Positions 27,901 through 42,200 of a DNA stretch of 64,000 bases are shown here, piece after piece. Under the pieces are notes generated by a model, which did not search any database, was not told where the DNA came from, and saw only the letters and a list, made by a program, of their open reading frames with translations. Made by a program: the position numbers and the translations under genes. Source of the stretch: Auanema rhodensis (lineage: Eukaryota > Animalia > Nematoda); the NCBI GenBank assembly GCA_964057225.1, contig OZ059900.1, forward strand, positions 16,802,001 to 16,866,000, read 5' to 3'. The stretch's first letter is position 1. The number at the start of each line of letters is the position of its first letter.

Positions 27901-30900
27901 CCAGCATAATAAAATATTTCTCATGGGAAATACTGTGTTTTTGTATTCTTCTAGTGTTCAGCATGTGAAATGCTTCATTTTAGTGTGTAACACGCTGAAA
28001 TTCGTTGCATTTGACGACTCATATGAACAAAAATCGATTTAATCAATATTAGCCATAAGGGGCGTGCCCTCAGAATATGCTAATTTCCTTAATTTTCTAA
28101 CCCTTGTTTTTTTGTCGTGAAAGTGGAACTAGACGTTGTACAAACAATTTTGAGCTAGGTTTCATTGACATTGCATGAGTTTGAACACATGAAATCGTAA
28201 GTCAAAACCTTGTTTACAGCGAAATTTCCAAAAACTGGTTTTCCAGCATGATAAAATATTTCTCATGGGAAATACTGTGTTTTTGTATTTTTCTAGTGTT
28301 CAGCATGTAAAATGCTTCATTTTAGTATGTAACACGCTGAAATTCGTTGCATTTGACGACTCATATGAACAAAAATCGATTTAATCAATATTAGCCATAA
28401 GGGGCGTGCCCTCAGAATATGCTAATTTCCTTAATTTTCTAACCCCTGTTTTTTTGTCGTGAAAGTGGAACTAGACGTTGTACGAACAATTTTGAGCTAG
28501 GTTTCATTGACATTGCATGAGTTTGAACACATGAAATCGTAAGTCAAAACCTTGTTTACAGCGAAATTTCCAAAAACTGGTTTTCCAGCATAATAAAATA
28601 TTTCTCATGGGAAATACTGTGTTTTTGTATTTTTCTAGTGTTCAGCATGTAAAATGCTTCATTTTAGTATGTAACACGCTGAAATTCGTTGCATTTGACG
28701 ACTCATATGAACAAAAATCGATTTAATCAATATTAGCCATAAGGGGCGTGCCCTCAGAATATGCTAATTTCCTTAATTTTCTAACCCCTGTTTTTTTGTC
28801 GTGAAAGTGGAACTAGACGTTGTACGAACAATTTTGAGCTAGGTTTCATTGACATTGCATGAGTTTGAACACATGAAATCGTAAGTCAAAACCTTGTTTA
28901 CAGCGAAATTTCCAAAAACTGGTTTTCCAGCATAATAAAATATTTCTCATGGGAAATACTGTGTTTTTGTATTTTTCTAGTGTTCAGCATGTAAAATGCT
29001 TCATTTTAGTATGTAACACGCTGAAATTCGTTGCATTTGACGACTCATATGAACAAAAATCGATTTAATCAATATTAGCCATAAGGGGCGTGCCCTCAGA
29101 ATATGCTAATTTCCTTAATTTTCTAACCCCTGTTTTTTTGTCGTGAAAGTGGAACTAGACGTTGTACGAACAATTTTGAGCTAGGTTTCATTGACATTGC
29201 ATGAGTTTGAACACATGAAATCGTAAGTCAAAACCTTGTTTACAGCGAAATTTCCAAAAACTGGTTTTCCAGCATAATAAAATATTTCTCATGGGGAATA
29301 CTGTGTTTTTGTATTTTTCTAGTGTTCAGCATGTAAAATGCTTCATTTTAGTATGTAACACGCTGAAATTCGTTGCATTTGACGACTCATATGAACAAAA
29401 ATCGATTTAATCAATATTAGCCATGAGGGGCGTGCCCTCAGAATATGCTAATTTCCTTAATTTTCTAACCCCTGTTTTTTTGTCGTGAAAGTGGAACTAG
29501 ACGTTGTACGAACAATTTTGAGCTAGGTTTCATTGACATTGCATGAGTTTGAACACATGAAATCGTAAGTCAAAACCTTGTTTACAGCGAAATTTCCAAA
29601 AACTGGTTTTCCAGCATAATAAAATATTTCTCATGGGAAATACTGTGTTTTTGTATTTTTCTAGTGTTCAGCATGTAAAATGCTTCATTTTAGTTTGTAA
29701 CACGCTGAAATTCGTTGCATTTGACGACTCATATGAACAAAAATCGATTTAATCAATATTAGCCATAAGGGGCGTGCCCTCAGAATATGCTAATTTCCTT
29801 AATTTTCTAACCCCTGTTTTTTTGTCGTGAAAGTGGAACTAGACGTTGTACGAACAATTTTGAGCTAGGTTTCATTGACATTGCATGAGTTTGAACACAT
29901 GAAATCGTAAGTCAAAACCTTGTTTACAGCGAAATTTCCAAAAACTGGTTTTCCAGCATAATAAAATATTTCTCATGGGGAATACTGTGTTTTTGTATTT
30001 TTCTAGTGTTCAGCATGTAAAATGCTTCATTTTAGTATGTAACACGCTGAAATTCGTTGCATTTGACGACTCATATGAACAAAAATCGATTTAATCAATA
30101 TTAGCCATGAGGGGCGTGCCCTCAGAATATGCTAATTTCCTTAATTTTCTAACCCCTGTTTTTTTGTCGTGAAAGTGGAACTAGACGTTGTACGAACAAT
30201 TTTGAGCTAGGTTTCATTGACATTGCATGAGTTTGAACACATGAAATCGTAAGTCAAAACCTTGTTTACAGCGAAATTTCCAAAAACTGGTTTTCCAGCA
30301 TAATAAAATATTTCTCATGGGAAACACTGTGTTTTTGTATTTTTCTAGTGTTCAGCATGTAAAATGCTTCATTTTAGTTTGTAACACGCTGAAATTCGTT
30401 GCATTTGACGACTCATATGAACAAAAATCGATTTAATCAATATTAGCCATAAGGGGCGTGCCCTCAGAATATGCTAATTTCCTTAATTTTCTAACCCCTG
30501 TTTTTTTGTCGTGAAAGTGGAACTAGACGTTGTACGAACAATTTTGAGCTAGGTTTCATTGACATTGCATGAGTTTGAACACATGAAATCGTAAGTCAAA
30601 ACCTTGTTTACAGCGAAATTTCCAAAAACTGGTTTTCCAGCATAATAAAATATTTCTCATGGGAAATACTGTGTTTTTGTATTTTTCTAGTGTTCAGCAT
30701 GTAAAATGCTTCATTTTAGTATGTAACACGCTGAAATTCGTTGCATTTGACGACTCATATGAACAAAAATCGATTTAATCAATATTAGCCATAAGGGGCG
30801 TGCCCTCAGAATATGCTAATTTCCTTAATTTTCTAACCCCTGTTTTTTTGTTGTGAAAGTGGAACTAGACGTTGTACGAACAATTTTGAGCTAGGTTTCA

Positions 30901-33900
30901 TTGACATTGCATGAGTTTGAACACATGAAATCGTAAGTCAAAACCTTGTTTACAGCGAAATTTCCAAAAACTGGTTTTCCAGCATAATAAAATATTTCTC
31001 ATGGGAAATACTGTGTTTTTGTATTTTTCTAGTGTTCAGCATGTAAAATGCTTCATTTTAGTATGTAACACGCTGAAATTCGTTGCATTTGACGACTCAT
31101 ATGAACAAAAATCGATTTAATCAATATTAGCCATAAGGGGCGTGCCCTCAGAATATGCTAATTTCCTTAATTTTCTAACCCCTGTTTTTTTGTCGTGAAA
31201 GTGGAACTAGACGTTGTACGAACAATTTTGAGCTAGGTTTCATTGACATTGCATGAGTTTGAACACATGCAATCGTAAGTCAAAACTTTGTTTACAGCGA
31301 AATTTTCAAAAACTGGTTTTCCAGCATAATAAAATATTTCTCATGGGAAATACTGTGTTTTTGTATTTTTCTAGTGTTCAGCATGTAAAATGCTTCATTT
31401 TAGTATGTAACACGCTGAAATTCGTTGCATTTGACGACTCATATGAACAAAAATCGATTTAATCAATATTAGCCATGAGGGGCGTGCCCTCAGAATATGC
31501 TAATTTCCTTAATTTTCTAACCCCTGTTTTTTTGTCGTGAAAGTGGAACTAGACGTTGTACGAACAATTTTGAGCTAGGTTTCATTGACATTGCATGAGT
31601 TTGAACACATGAAATCGTAAGTCAAAACCTTGTTTACAGCGAAATTTCCAAAAACTGGTTTTCCAGCATAATAAAATATTTCTCATGGGAAACACTGTGT
31701 TTTTGTATTTTTCTAGTGTTCAGCATGTAAAATGCTTCATTTTAGTTTGTAACACGCTGAAATTCGTTGCATTTGACGACTCATATGAACAAAAATCGAT
31801 TTAATCAATATTAGCCATAAGGGGCGTGCCCTCAGAATATGCTAATTTCCTTAATTTTCTAACCCCTGTTTTTTTGTCGTGAAAGTGGAACTAGACGTTG
31901 TACGAACAATTTTGAGCTAGGTTTCATTGACATTGCATGAGTTTGAACACATGAAATCGTAAGTCAAAACCTTGTTTACAGCGAAATTTCCAAAAACTGG
32001 TTTTCCAGCATAATAAAATATTTCTCATTTGAAATACTGTGTTTTTGTATTTTTCTAGTGTTCAGCATGTAAAATGCTTCATTTTAGTATGTAACACGCT
32101 GAAATTCGTTGCATTTGACGACTCATATGAACAAAAATCGATTTAATCAATATTAGCCATAAGGGGCGTGCCCTCAGAATATGCTAATTTCCTTAATTTT
32201 CTAACCCCTGTTTTTTTGTCGTGAAAGTGGAACTAGACGTTGTACGAACAATTTTGAGCTAGGTTTCATTGACATTGCATGAGTTTGAACACATGAAATC
32301 GTAAGTCAAAACCTTGTTTACAGCGAAATTTCCAAAAACTGGTTTTCCAGCATAATAAAATATTTCTCATGGGAAATACTGTGTTTTTGTATTTTTCTAG
32401 TGTTCAGCATGTAAAATGCTTCATTTTAGTATGTAACACGCTGAAATTCGTTGCATTTGACGACTCATATGAACAAAAATCGATTTAATCAATATTAGCC
32501 ATAAGGGGCGTGCCCTCAGAATATGCTAATTTCCTTAATTTTCTAACCCCTGTTTTTTTGTCGTGAAAGTGGAACTAGACGTTGTACGAACATTTTTGAG
32601 CTAGGTTTCATTGACATTGCATGAGTTTGAACACATGAAATCGTAAGTCAAAACCTTGTTTACAGCGAAATTTCCAAAAACTGGTTTTCCAGCATAATAA
32701 AATATTTCTCATGGGGAATACTGTGTTTTTGTATTTTTCTAGTGTTCAGCATGTAAAATGCTTCATTTTAGTTTGTAACACGCTGAAATTCGTTGCATTT
32801 GACGACTCATATGAACAAAAATCGATTTAATCAATATTAGCCATAAGGGGCGTGCCCTCAGAATATGCTAATTTCCTTAATTTTCTAACCCCTGTTTTTT
32901 TGTCGTGAAAGTGGAACTAGACGTTGTACGAACAATTTTGAGCTAGGTTTCATTGACATTGCATGAGTTTGAACACATGAAATCGTAAGTCAAAACCTTG
33001 TTTACAGCGAAATTTCCAAAAACTGGTTTTCCAGCATAATAAAATATTTCTCATTTGAAATACTGTGTTTTTGTATTTTTCTAGTGTTCAGCATGTAAAA
33101 TGCTTCATTTTAGTATGTAACACGCTGAAATTCGTTGCATTTGACGACTCATATGAACAAAAATCGATTTAATCAATATTAGCCATAAGGGGCGTGCCCT
33201 CAGAATATGCTAATTTCCTTAATTTTCTAACCCCTGTTTTTTTGTCGTGAAAGTGGAACTAGACGTTGTACGAACAATTTTGAGCTAGGTTTCATTGACA
33301 TTGCATGAGTTTGAACACATGAAATCGTAAGTCAAAACCTTGTTTACAGCGAAATTTCCAAAAACTGGTTTTCCAGCATAATAAAATATTTCTCATGGGA
33401 AATACTGTGTTTTTGTATTTTTCTAGTGTTCAGCATGTAAAATGCTTCATTTTAGTATGTAACACGCTGAAATTCGTTGCATTTGACGACTCATATGAAC
33501 AAAAATCGATTTAATCAATATTAGCCATAAGGGGCGTGCCCTCAGAATATGCTAATTTCCTTAATTTTCTAACCCCTGTTTTTTTGTCGTGAAAGTGGAA
33601 CTAGACGTTGTACGAACAATTTTGAGCTAGGTTTCATTGACATTGCATGAGTTTGAACACATGAAATCGTAAGTCAAAACCTTGTTTACAGCGAAATTTC
33701 CAAAAACTGGTTTTCCAGCATAATAAAATATTTCTCATGGGAAATACTGTGTTTTTGTATTTTTCTAGTGTTCAGCATGTAAAATGCTTCATTTTAGTAT
33801 GTAACACGCTGAAATTCGTTGCATTTGACGACTCATATGAACAAAAATCGATTTAATCAATATTAGCCATAAGGGGCGTGCCCTCAGAATATGCTAATTT

Positions 33901-36270
33901 CCTTAATTTTCTAACCCCTGTTTTTTTGTCGTGAAAGTGGAACTAGACGTTGTACGAACAATTTTGAGCTAGGTTTCATTGACATTGCATGAGTTTGAAC
34001 ACATGAAATCGTAAGTCAAAACCTTGTTTACAGCGAAATTTCCAAAAACTGGTTTTCCAGCATAATAAAATATTTCTCATGGGGAATACTGTGTTTTTGT
34101 ATTTTTCTAGTGTTCAGCATGTAAAATGCTTCATTTTAGTATGTAACACGCTGAAATTCGTTGCATTTGACGACTCATATGAACAAAAATCGATTTAATC
34201 AATATTAGCCATAAGGGGCGTGCCCTCAGAATATGCTAATTTCCTTAATTTTCTAACCCCTGTTTTTTTGTCGTGAAAGTGGAACTAGACGTTGTACGAA
34301 CAATTTTGAGCTAGGTTTCATTGACATTGCATGAGTTTGAACACATGAAATCGTAAGTCAAAACCTTGTTTACAGCGAAATTTCCAAAAACTGGTTTTCC
34401 AGCATAATAAAATATTTCTCATGGGAAATACTGTGTTTTTGTATTTTTCTAGTGTTCAGCATGTAAAATGCTTCATTTTAGTATGTAACACGCTGAAATT
34501 CGTTGCATTTGACGACTCATATGAACAAAAATCGATTTAATCAATATTAGCCATGAGGGGCGTGCCCTCAGAATATGCTAATTTCCTTAATTTTCTAACC
34601 CCTGTTTTTTTGTCGTGAAAGTGGAACTAGACGTTGTACGAACAATTTTGAGCTAGGTTTCATTGACATTGCATGAGTTTGAACACATGAAATCGTAAGT
34701 CAAAACCTTGTTTACAGCGAAATTTCCAAAAACTGGTTTTCCAGCATAATAAAATATTTCTCATGGGAAACACTGTGTTTTTGTATTTTTCTAGTGTTCA
34801 GCATGTAAAATGCTTCATTTTAGTTTGTAACACGCTGAAATTCGTTGCATTTGACGACTCATATGAACAAAAATCGATTTAATCAATATTAGCCATAACG
34901 GGCGTGCCCTCAGAATATGCTAATTTCCTTAATTTTCTAACCCCTGTTTTTTTGTCGTGAAAGTGGAACTAGACGTTGTACGAACAATTTTGAGCTAGGT
35001 TTCATTGACATTGCATGAGTTTGAACACATGAAATCGTAAGTCAAAACCTTGTTTACAGCGAAATTTCCAAAAACTGGTTTTCCAGCATAATAAAATATT
35101 TCTCATTTGAAATACTGTGTTTTTGTATTTTTCTAGTGTTCAGCATGTAAAATGCTTCATTTTAGTATGTAACACGCTGAAATTCGTTGCATTTGACGAC
35201 TCATATGAACAAAAATCGATTTAATCAATATTAGCCATAAGGGGCGTGCCCTCAGAATATGCTAATTTCCTTAATTTTCTAACCCCTGTTTTTTTGTCGT
35301 GAAAGTGGAACTAGACGTTGTACGAACAATTTTGAGCTAGGTTTCATTGACATTGCATGAGTTTGAACACATGAAATCGTAAGTCAAAACCTTGTTTACA
35401 GCGAAATTTCCAAAAACTGGTTTTCCAGCATAATAAAATATTTCTCATGGGAAATACTGTGTTTTTGTATTTTTCTAGTGTTCAGCATGTAAAATGCTTC
35501 ATTTTAGTATGTAACACGCTGAAATTCGTTGCATTTGACGACTCATATGAACAAAAATCGATTTAATCAATATTAGCCATAAGGGGCGTGCCCTCAGAAT
35601 ATGCTAATTTCCTTAATTTTCTAACCCCTGTTTTTTTGTCGTGAAAGTGGAACTAGACGTTGTACGAACAATTTTGAGCTAGGTTTCATTGACATTGCAT
35701 GAGTTTGAACACATGAAATCGTAAGTCAAAACCTTGTTTACAGCGAAATTTCCAAAAACTGGTTTTCCAGCATAATAAAATATTTCTCATGGGGAATACT
35801 GTGTTTTTGTATTTTTCTAGTGTTCAGCATGTAAAATGCTTCATTTTAGTTTGTAACACGCTGAAATTCGTTGCATTTGACGACTCATATGAACAAAAAT
35901 CGATTTAATCAATATTAGCCATAAGGGGCGTGCCCTCAGAATATGCTAATTTCCTTAATTTTCTAACACCTGTTTTTTTGTCGTGAAAGTGGAACTAGAC
36001 GTTGTACGAACAATTTTGAGCTAGGTTTCATTGACATTGCATGAGTTTGAACACATGAAATCGTAAGTCAAAACCTTGTTTACAGCGAACTTTCCAAAAA
36101 CTGGTTTTCCAGCATAATAAAATATTTCTCATTTGAAATACTGTGTTTTTGTATTTTTCTAGTGTTCAGCATGTAAAATGCTTCATTTTAGTATGTAACA
36201 CGCTGAAATTCGTTGCATTTGACGACTCATATGAACAAAAATCGATTTAATCAATATTAGCCATAAGGGG

Positions 36271-39200
36271 CGTGCCCTCAGAATATGCTAATTTCCTTAA
36301 TTTTCTAACCCCTGTTTTTTTGTCGTGAAAGTGGAACTAGACGTTGTACGAACAATTTTGACCTAGGTTTCATTGACATTGCATGAGTTTGAACACATGA
36401 AATCGTAAGTCAAAACCTTGTTTACAGCGAAATTTCCAAAAACTGGTTTTCCAGCATAATAAAATATTTCTCATGGGAAATACTGTGTTTTTGTATTTTT
36501 CTAGTGTTCAGCATGTAAAATGCTTCATTTTAGTATGTAACACGCTGAAATTCGTTGCATTTGACGACTCATATGAACAAAAATCGATTTAATCAATATT
36601 AGCCATAAGGGGCGTACCCCCAGAATATGCTAATTTCCTTAATTTTCTAACCCCTGTTTTTTTGTCGTGAAAGTGGAACTAGACGTTGTACGAACAATTT
36701 TGAGCTAGGTTTCATTGACATTGCATGAGTTTGAACACATGAAATCGTAAGTCAAAACCTTGTTTACAGCGAAATTTCCAAAAACTGGTTTTCCAGCATA
36801 ATAAAATATTTCTCATGGGAAATACTGTGTTTTTGTATTTTTCTAGTGTTCAGCATGTAAAATGCTTCATTTTAGTATGTAACACGCTGAAATTCGTTGC
36901 ATTTGACGACTCATATGAACAAAAATCGATTTAATCAATATTAGCCATAAGGGGCGTGCCCTCAGAATATGCTAATTTCCTTAATTTTCTAACCCTTGTT
37001 TTTTTGTTGTGAAAGTGGAACTAGACGTTGTACGAACAATTTTGAGCTAGGTTTCATTGACATTGCATGAGTTTGAACACATGAAATCGTAAGTCAAAAC
37101 CTTGTTTACAGCGAAATTTCGAAAAACTGGTTTTCCAGCATAATAAAATATTTCTCATGGGAAATACTGTGTTTTTGTATTCTTCTAGTGTTCAGCATGT
37201 GAAATGCTTCATTTTAGTGTGTAACACGCTGAAATTCGTTGCATTTGACGACTCATATGAACAAAAATCGATTTAATCAATATTAGCCATAAGGGGCGTG
37301 CCCTCAGAATATGCTAATTTCCTTAATTTTCTAACCCCTGTTTTTTTGTCGTGAAAGTGGAACTAGACGTTGTACGAACAATTTTGAGCTAGGTTTCATT
37401 GACATTGCATGAGTTTGAACACATGAAATCGTAAGTCAAAACCTTGTTTACAGCGAAATTTCCAAAAACTGGTTTTCCAGCATAATAAAATATTTCTCAT
37501 GGGAAATACTGTGTTTTTGTATTTTTCTAGTGTTCAGCATGTAAAATGCTTCATTTTAGTATGTAACACGCTGAAATTCGTTGCATTTGACGACTCATAT
37601 GAACAAAAATCGATTTAATCAATATTAGCCATAAGGGGCGTGCCCTCAGAATATGCTAATTTCCTTAATTTTCTAACCCTTGTTTTTTTGTCGTGAAAGT
37701 GGAACTAGACGTTGTACAAACAATTTTGAGCTAGGTTTCATTGACATTGCATGAGTTTGAACACATGAAATCGTAAGTCAAAACCTTGTTTACAGCGAAA
37801 TTTCCAAAAACTGGTTTTCCAGCATGATAAAATATTTCTCATGGGAAATACTGTGTTTTTGTATTTTTCTAGTGTTCAGCATGTAAAATGCTTCATTTTA
37901 GTATGTAACACGCTGAAATTCGTTGCATTTGACGACTCATATGAACAAAAATCGATTTAATCAATATTAGCCATAAGGGGCGTGCCCTCAGAATATGCTA
38001 ATTTCCTTAATTTTCTAACCCCTGTTTTTTTGTCGTGAAAGTGGAACTAGACGTTGTACGAACAATTTTGAGCTAGGTTTCATTGACATTGCATGAGTTT
38101 GAACACATGAAATCGTAAGTCAAAACCTTGTTTACAGCGAAATTTCCAAAAACTGGTTTTCCAGCATAATAAAATATTTCTCATGGGAAATACTGTGTTT
38201 TTGTATTCTTCTAGTGTTCAGCATGTGAAATGCTTCATTTTAGTGTGTAACACGCTGAAATTCGTTGCATTTGACGACTCATATGAACAAAAATCGATTT
38301 AATCAATATTAGCCATAAGGGGCGTGCCCTCAGAATATGCTAATTTCCTTAATTTTCTAACCCCTGTTTTTTTGTCGTGAAAGTGGAACTAGACGTTGTA
38401 CGAACAATTTTGACCTAGGTTTCATTGACATTGCATGAGTTTGAACACATGAAATCGTAAGTCAAAACCTTGTTTACAGCGAAATTTCCAAAAACTGGTT
38501 TTCCAGCATAATAAAATATTTCTCATGGGAAATACTGTGTTTTTGTATTTTTCTAGTGTTCAGCATGTAAAATGCTTCATTTTAGTATGTAACACGCTGA
38601 AATTCGTTGCATTTGACGACTCATATGAACAAAAATCGATTTAATCAATATTAGCCATAAGGGGCGTGCCCTCAGAATATGCTAATTTCCTTAATTTTCT
38701 AACCCTTGTTTTTTTGTCGTGAAAGTGGAACTAGACGTTGTACAAACAATTTTGAGCTAGGTTTCATTGACATTGCATGAGTTTGAACACATGAAATCGT
38801 AAGTCAAAACCTTGTTTACAGCGAAATTTCCAAAAACTGGTTTTCCAGCATGATAAAATATTTCTCATGGGAAATACTGTGTTTTTGTATTTTTCTAGTG
38901 TTCAGCATGTAAAATGCTTCATTTTAGTATGTAACACGCTGAAATTCGTTGCATTTGACGACTCATATGAACAAAAATCGATTTAATCAATATTAGCCAT
39001 AAGGGGCGTGCCCTCAGAATATGCTAATTTCCTTAATTTTCTAACCCCTGTTTTTTTGTCGTGAAAGTGGAACTAGACGTTGTACGAACAATTTTGAGCT
39101 AGGTTTCATTGACATTGCATGAGTTTGAACACATGAAATCGTAAGTCAAAACCTTGTTTACAGCGAAATTTCCACAAACTGGTTTTCCAGCATAATAAAA

Positions 39201-42200
39201 TATTTCTCATGGGAAATACTGTGTTTTTGTATTCTTCTAGTGTTCAGCATGTAAAATGCTTCATTTTAGTATGTAACACGCTGAAATTCGTTGCATTTGA
39301 CGACTCATATGAACAAAAATCGATTTAATCAATATTAGCCATAAGGGGCGTGCCCTCAGAATATGCTAATTTCCTTAATTTTCTAACCCCTGTTTTTTTG
39401 TCGTGAAAGTGGAACTAGACGTTGTACGAACAATTTTGAGCTAGGTTTCATTGACCTTGCATGAGTTTGAACACATGAAATCGTAAGTCAAAACCTTGTT
39501 TACAGCGAAATTTCCAAAAACTGGTTTTCCAGCATAATAAAATATTTCTCATGGGAAATACTGTGTTTTTGTATTTTTCTAGTGTTCAGCATGTAAAATG
39601 CTTCATTTTAGTATGTAACACGCTGAAATTCGTTGCATTTGACGACTCATATGAACAAAAATCGATTTAATCAATATTAGCCATAAGGGGCGTGCCCTCA
39701 GAATATGCTAATTTCCTTAATTTTCTAACCCTTGTTTTTTTGTCGTGAAAGTGGAACTAGACGTTGTACGAACAATTTTGAGCTAGGTTTCATTGACATT
39801 GCATGAGTTTGAACACATGAAATCGTAAGTCAAAACCTTGTTTACAGCGAAATTTCGAAAAACTGGTTTTCCAGCATAATAAAATATTTCTCATGGAAAA
39901 ACTGTGTTTTTGTATTCTTCTAGTGTTCAGCATGTGAAATGCTTCATTTTAGTGTGTAACACGCTGAAATTCGTTGCATTTGACGACTCATATGAACAAA
40001 AATCGATTTAATCAATATTAGCCATAAGGGGCGTGCCCTCAGAATATGCTAATTTCCTTAATTTTCTAACCCCTGTTTTTTTGTCGTGAAAGTGGAACTA
40101 GACGTTGTACGAACAATTTTGAGCTAGGTTTCATTGACATTGCATGAGTTTGAACACATGAAATCGTAAGTCAAAACCTTGTTTACAGCGAAATTTCCAA
40201 AAACTGGTTTTCCAGCATAATAAAATATTTCTCATGGAAAAACTGTGTTTTTGTATTCTTCTAGTGTTCAGCATGTGAAATGCTTCATTTTAGTGTGTAA
40301 CACGCTGAAATTCGTTGCATTTGACGACTCATATGAACAAAAATCGATTTAATCAATATTAGCCATAAGGGGCGTGCCCTCAGAATATGCTAATTTCCTT
40401 AATTTTCTAACCCCTGTTTTTTTGTCGTGAAAGTGGAACTAGACGTTGTACGAACAATTTTGAGCTAGGTTTCATTGACATTGCATGAGTTTGAACACAT
40501 GAAATCGTAAGTCAAAACCTTGTTTACAGCGAAATTTCCAAAAACTGGTTTTCCAGCATAATAAAATATTTCTCATGGGAAATACTGTGTTTTTGTATTT
40601 TTCTAGTGTTCAGCATGTAAAATGCTTCATTTTAGTATGTAACACGCTGAAATTCGTTGCATTTGACGACTCATATGAACAAAAATCGATTTAATCAATA
40701 TTAGCCATAAGGGGCGTGCCCTCAGAATATGCTAATTTCCTTAATTTTCTAACCCTTGTTTTTTTGTCGTGAAAGTGGAACTAGACGTTGTACAAACAAT
40801 TTTGAGCTAGGTTTCATTGACATTGCATGAGTTTGAACACATGAAATCGTAAGTCAAAACCTTGTTTACAGCGAAATTTCCAAAAACTGGTTTTCCAGCA
40901 TGATAAAATATTTCTCATGGGAAATACTGTGTTTTTGTATTTTTCTAGTGTTCAGCATGTAAAATGCTTCATTTTAGTATGTAACACGCTGAAATTCGTT
41001 GCATTTGACGACTCATATGAACAAAAATCGATTTAATCAATATTAGCCATAAGGGGCGTGCCCTCAGAATATGCTAATTTCCTTAATTTTCTAACCCCTG
41101 TTTTTTTGTCGTGAAAGTGGAACTAGACGTTGTACGAACAATTTTGAGCTAGGTTTCATTGACATTGCATGAGTTTGAACACATGAAATCGTAAGTCAAA
41201 ACCTTGTTTACAGCGAAATTTCCAAAAACTGGTTTTCCAGCATAATAAAATATTTCTCATGGGAAATACTGTGTTTTTGTATTTTTCTAGTGTTCAGCAT
41301 GTGAAATGCTTCATTTTAGTATGTAACACGCTGAAATTCGTTGCATTTGACGACTCATATGAACAAAAATCGATTTAATCAATATTAGCCATAAGGGGCG
41401 TGCCCTCAGAATATGCTAATTTCCTTAATTTTCTAACCCTTGTTTTTTTGTCGTGAAAGTGGAACTAGACGTTGTACGAACAATTTTGAGCTAGGTTTCA
41501 TTGACATTGCATGAGTTTGAACACATGAAATCGTAAGTCAAAACCTTGTTTACAGCGAAATTTCGAAAAACTGGTTTTCCAGCATAATAAAATATTTCTC
41601 ATAGGAAATACTGTGTTTTGTATTCTTCTAGTGTTCAGCATGTGAAATGCTTCATTTTAGTGTGTAACACGCTGAAATTCGTTGCATTTGACGACTCATA
41701 TGAACAAAAATCGATTTAATCAATATTAGCCATAAGGGGCGTGCCCTCAGAATATGCTAATTTCCTTAATTTTCTAACCCCTGTTTTTTTGTCGTGAAAG
41801 TGGAACTAGACGTTGTACGAACAATTTTGAGCTAGGTTTCATTGACATTGCATGAGTTTGAACACATGAAATCGTAAGTCAAAACCTTGTTTACAGCGAA
41901 ATTTCCAAAAACTGGTTTTCCAGCATAATAAAATATTTCTCATGGGAAATACTGTGTTTTTGTATTTTTCTAGTGTTCAGCATGTAAAATGCTTCATTTT
42001 AGTATGTAACACGCTGAAATTCGTTGCATTTGACGACTCATATGAACAAAAATCGATTTAATCAATATTAGCCATAAGGGGCGTGCCCTCAGAATATGCT
42101 AATTTCCTTAATTTTCTAACCCTTGTTTTTTTGTCGTGAAAGTGGAACTAGACGTTGTACAAACAATTTTGAGCTAGGTTTCATTGACATTGCATGAGTT

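Larger units (their letters stand above)
6600..36270 (+). repeat. Copy 1 of a ~29.7-kb tandem macro-duplication (~87 monomers)
   Basis: Rare variants recur in the same order downstream: 6692/36362, 6946/36616 and 9786/39456 (offset 29670); 20273/50626 and 22524/52877 (offset 30353); 31270/59989 (offset 28719). Boundaries are approximate (+/-90 bp). Confidence 0.92.

Noticed and set aside
31253-31462. 69-aa ORF as a protein-coding gene
   Set aside because: It is ordinary satellite sequence opened by one stop-loss SNV. There is no recognisable domain or gene context, and all other monomers have TGA at codon 6.
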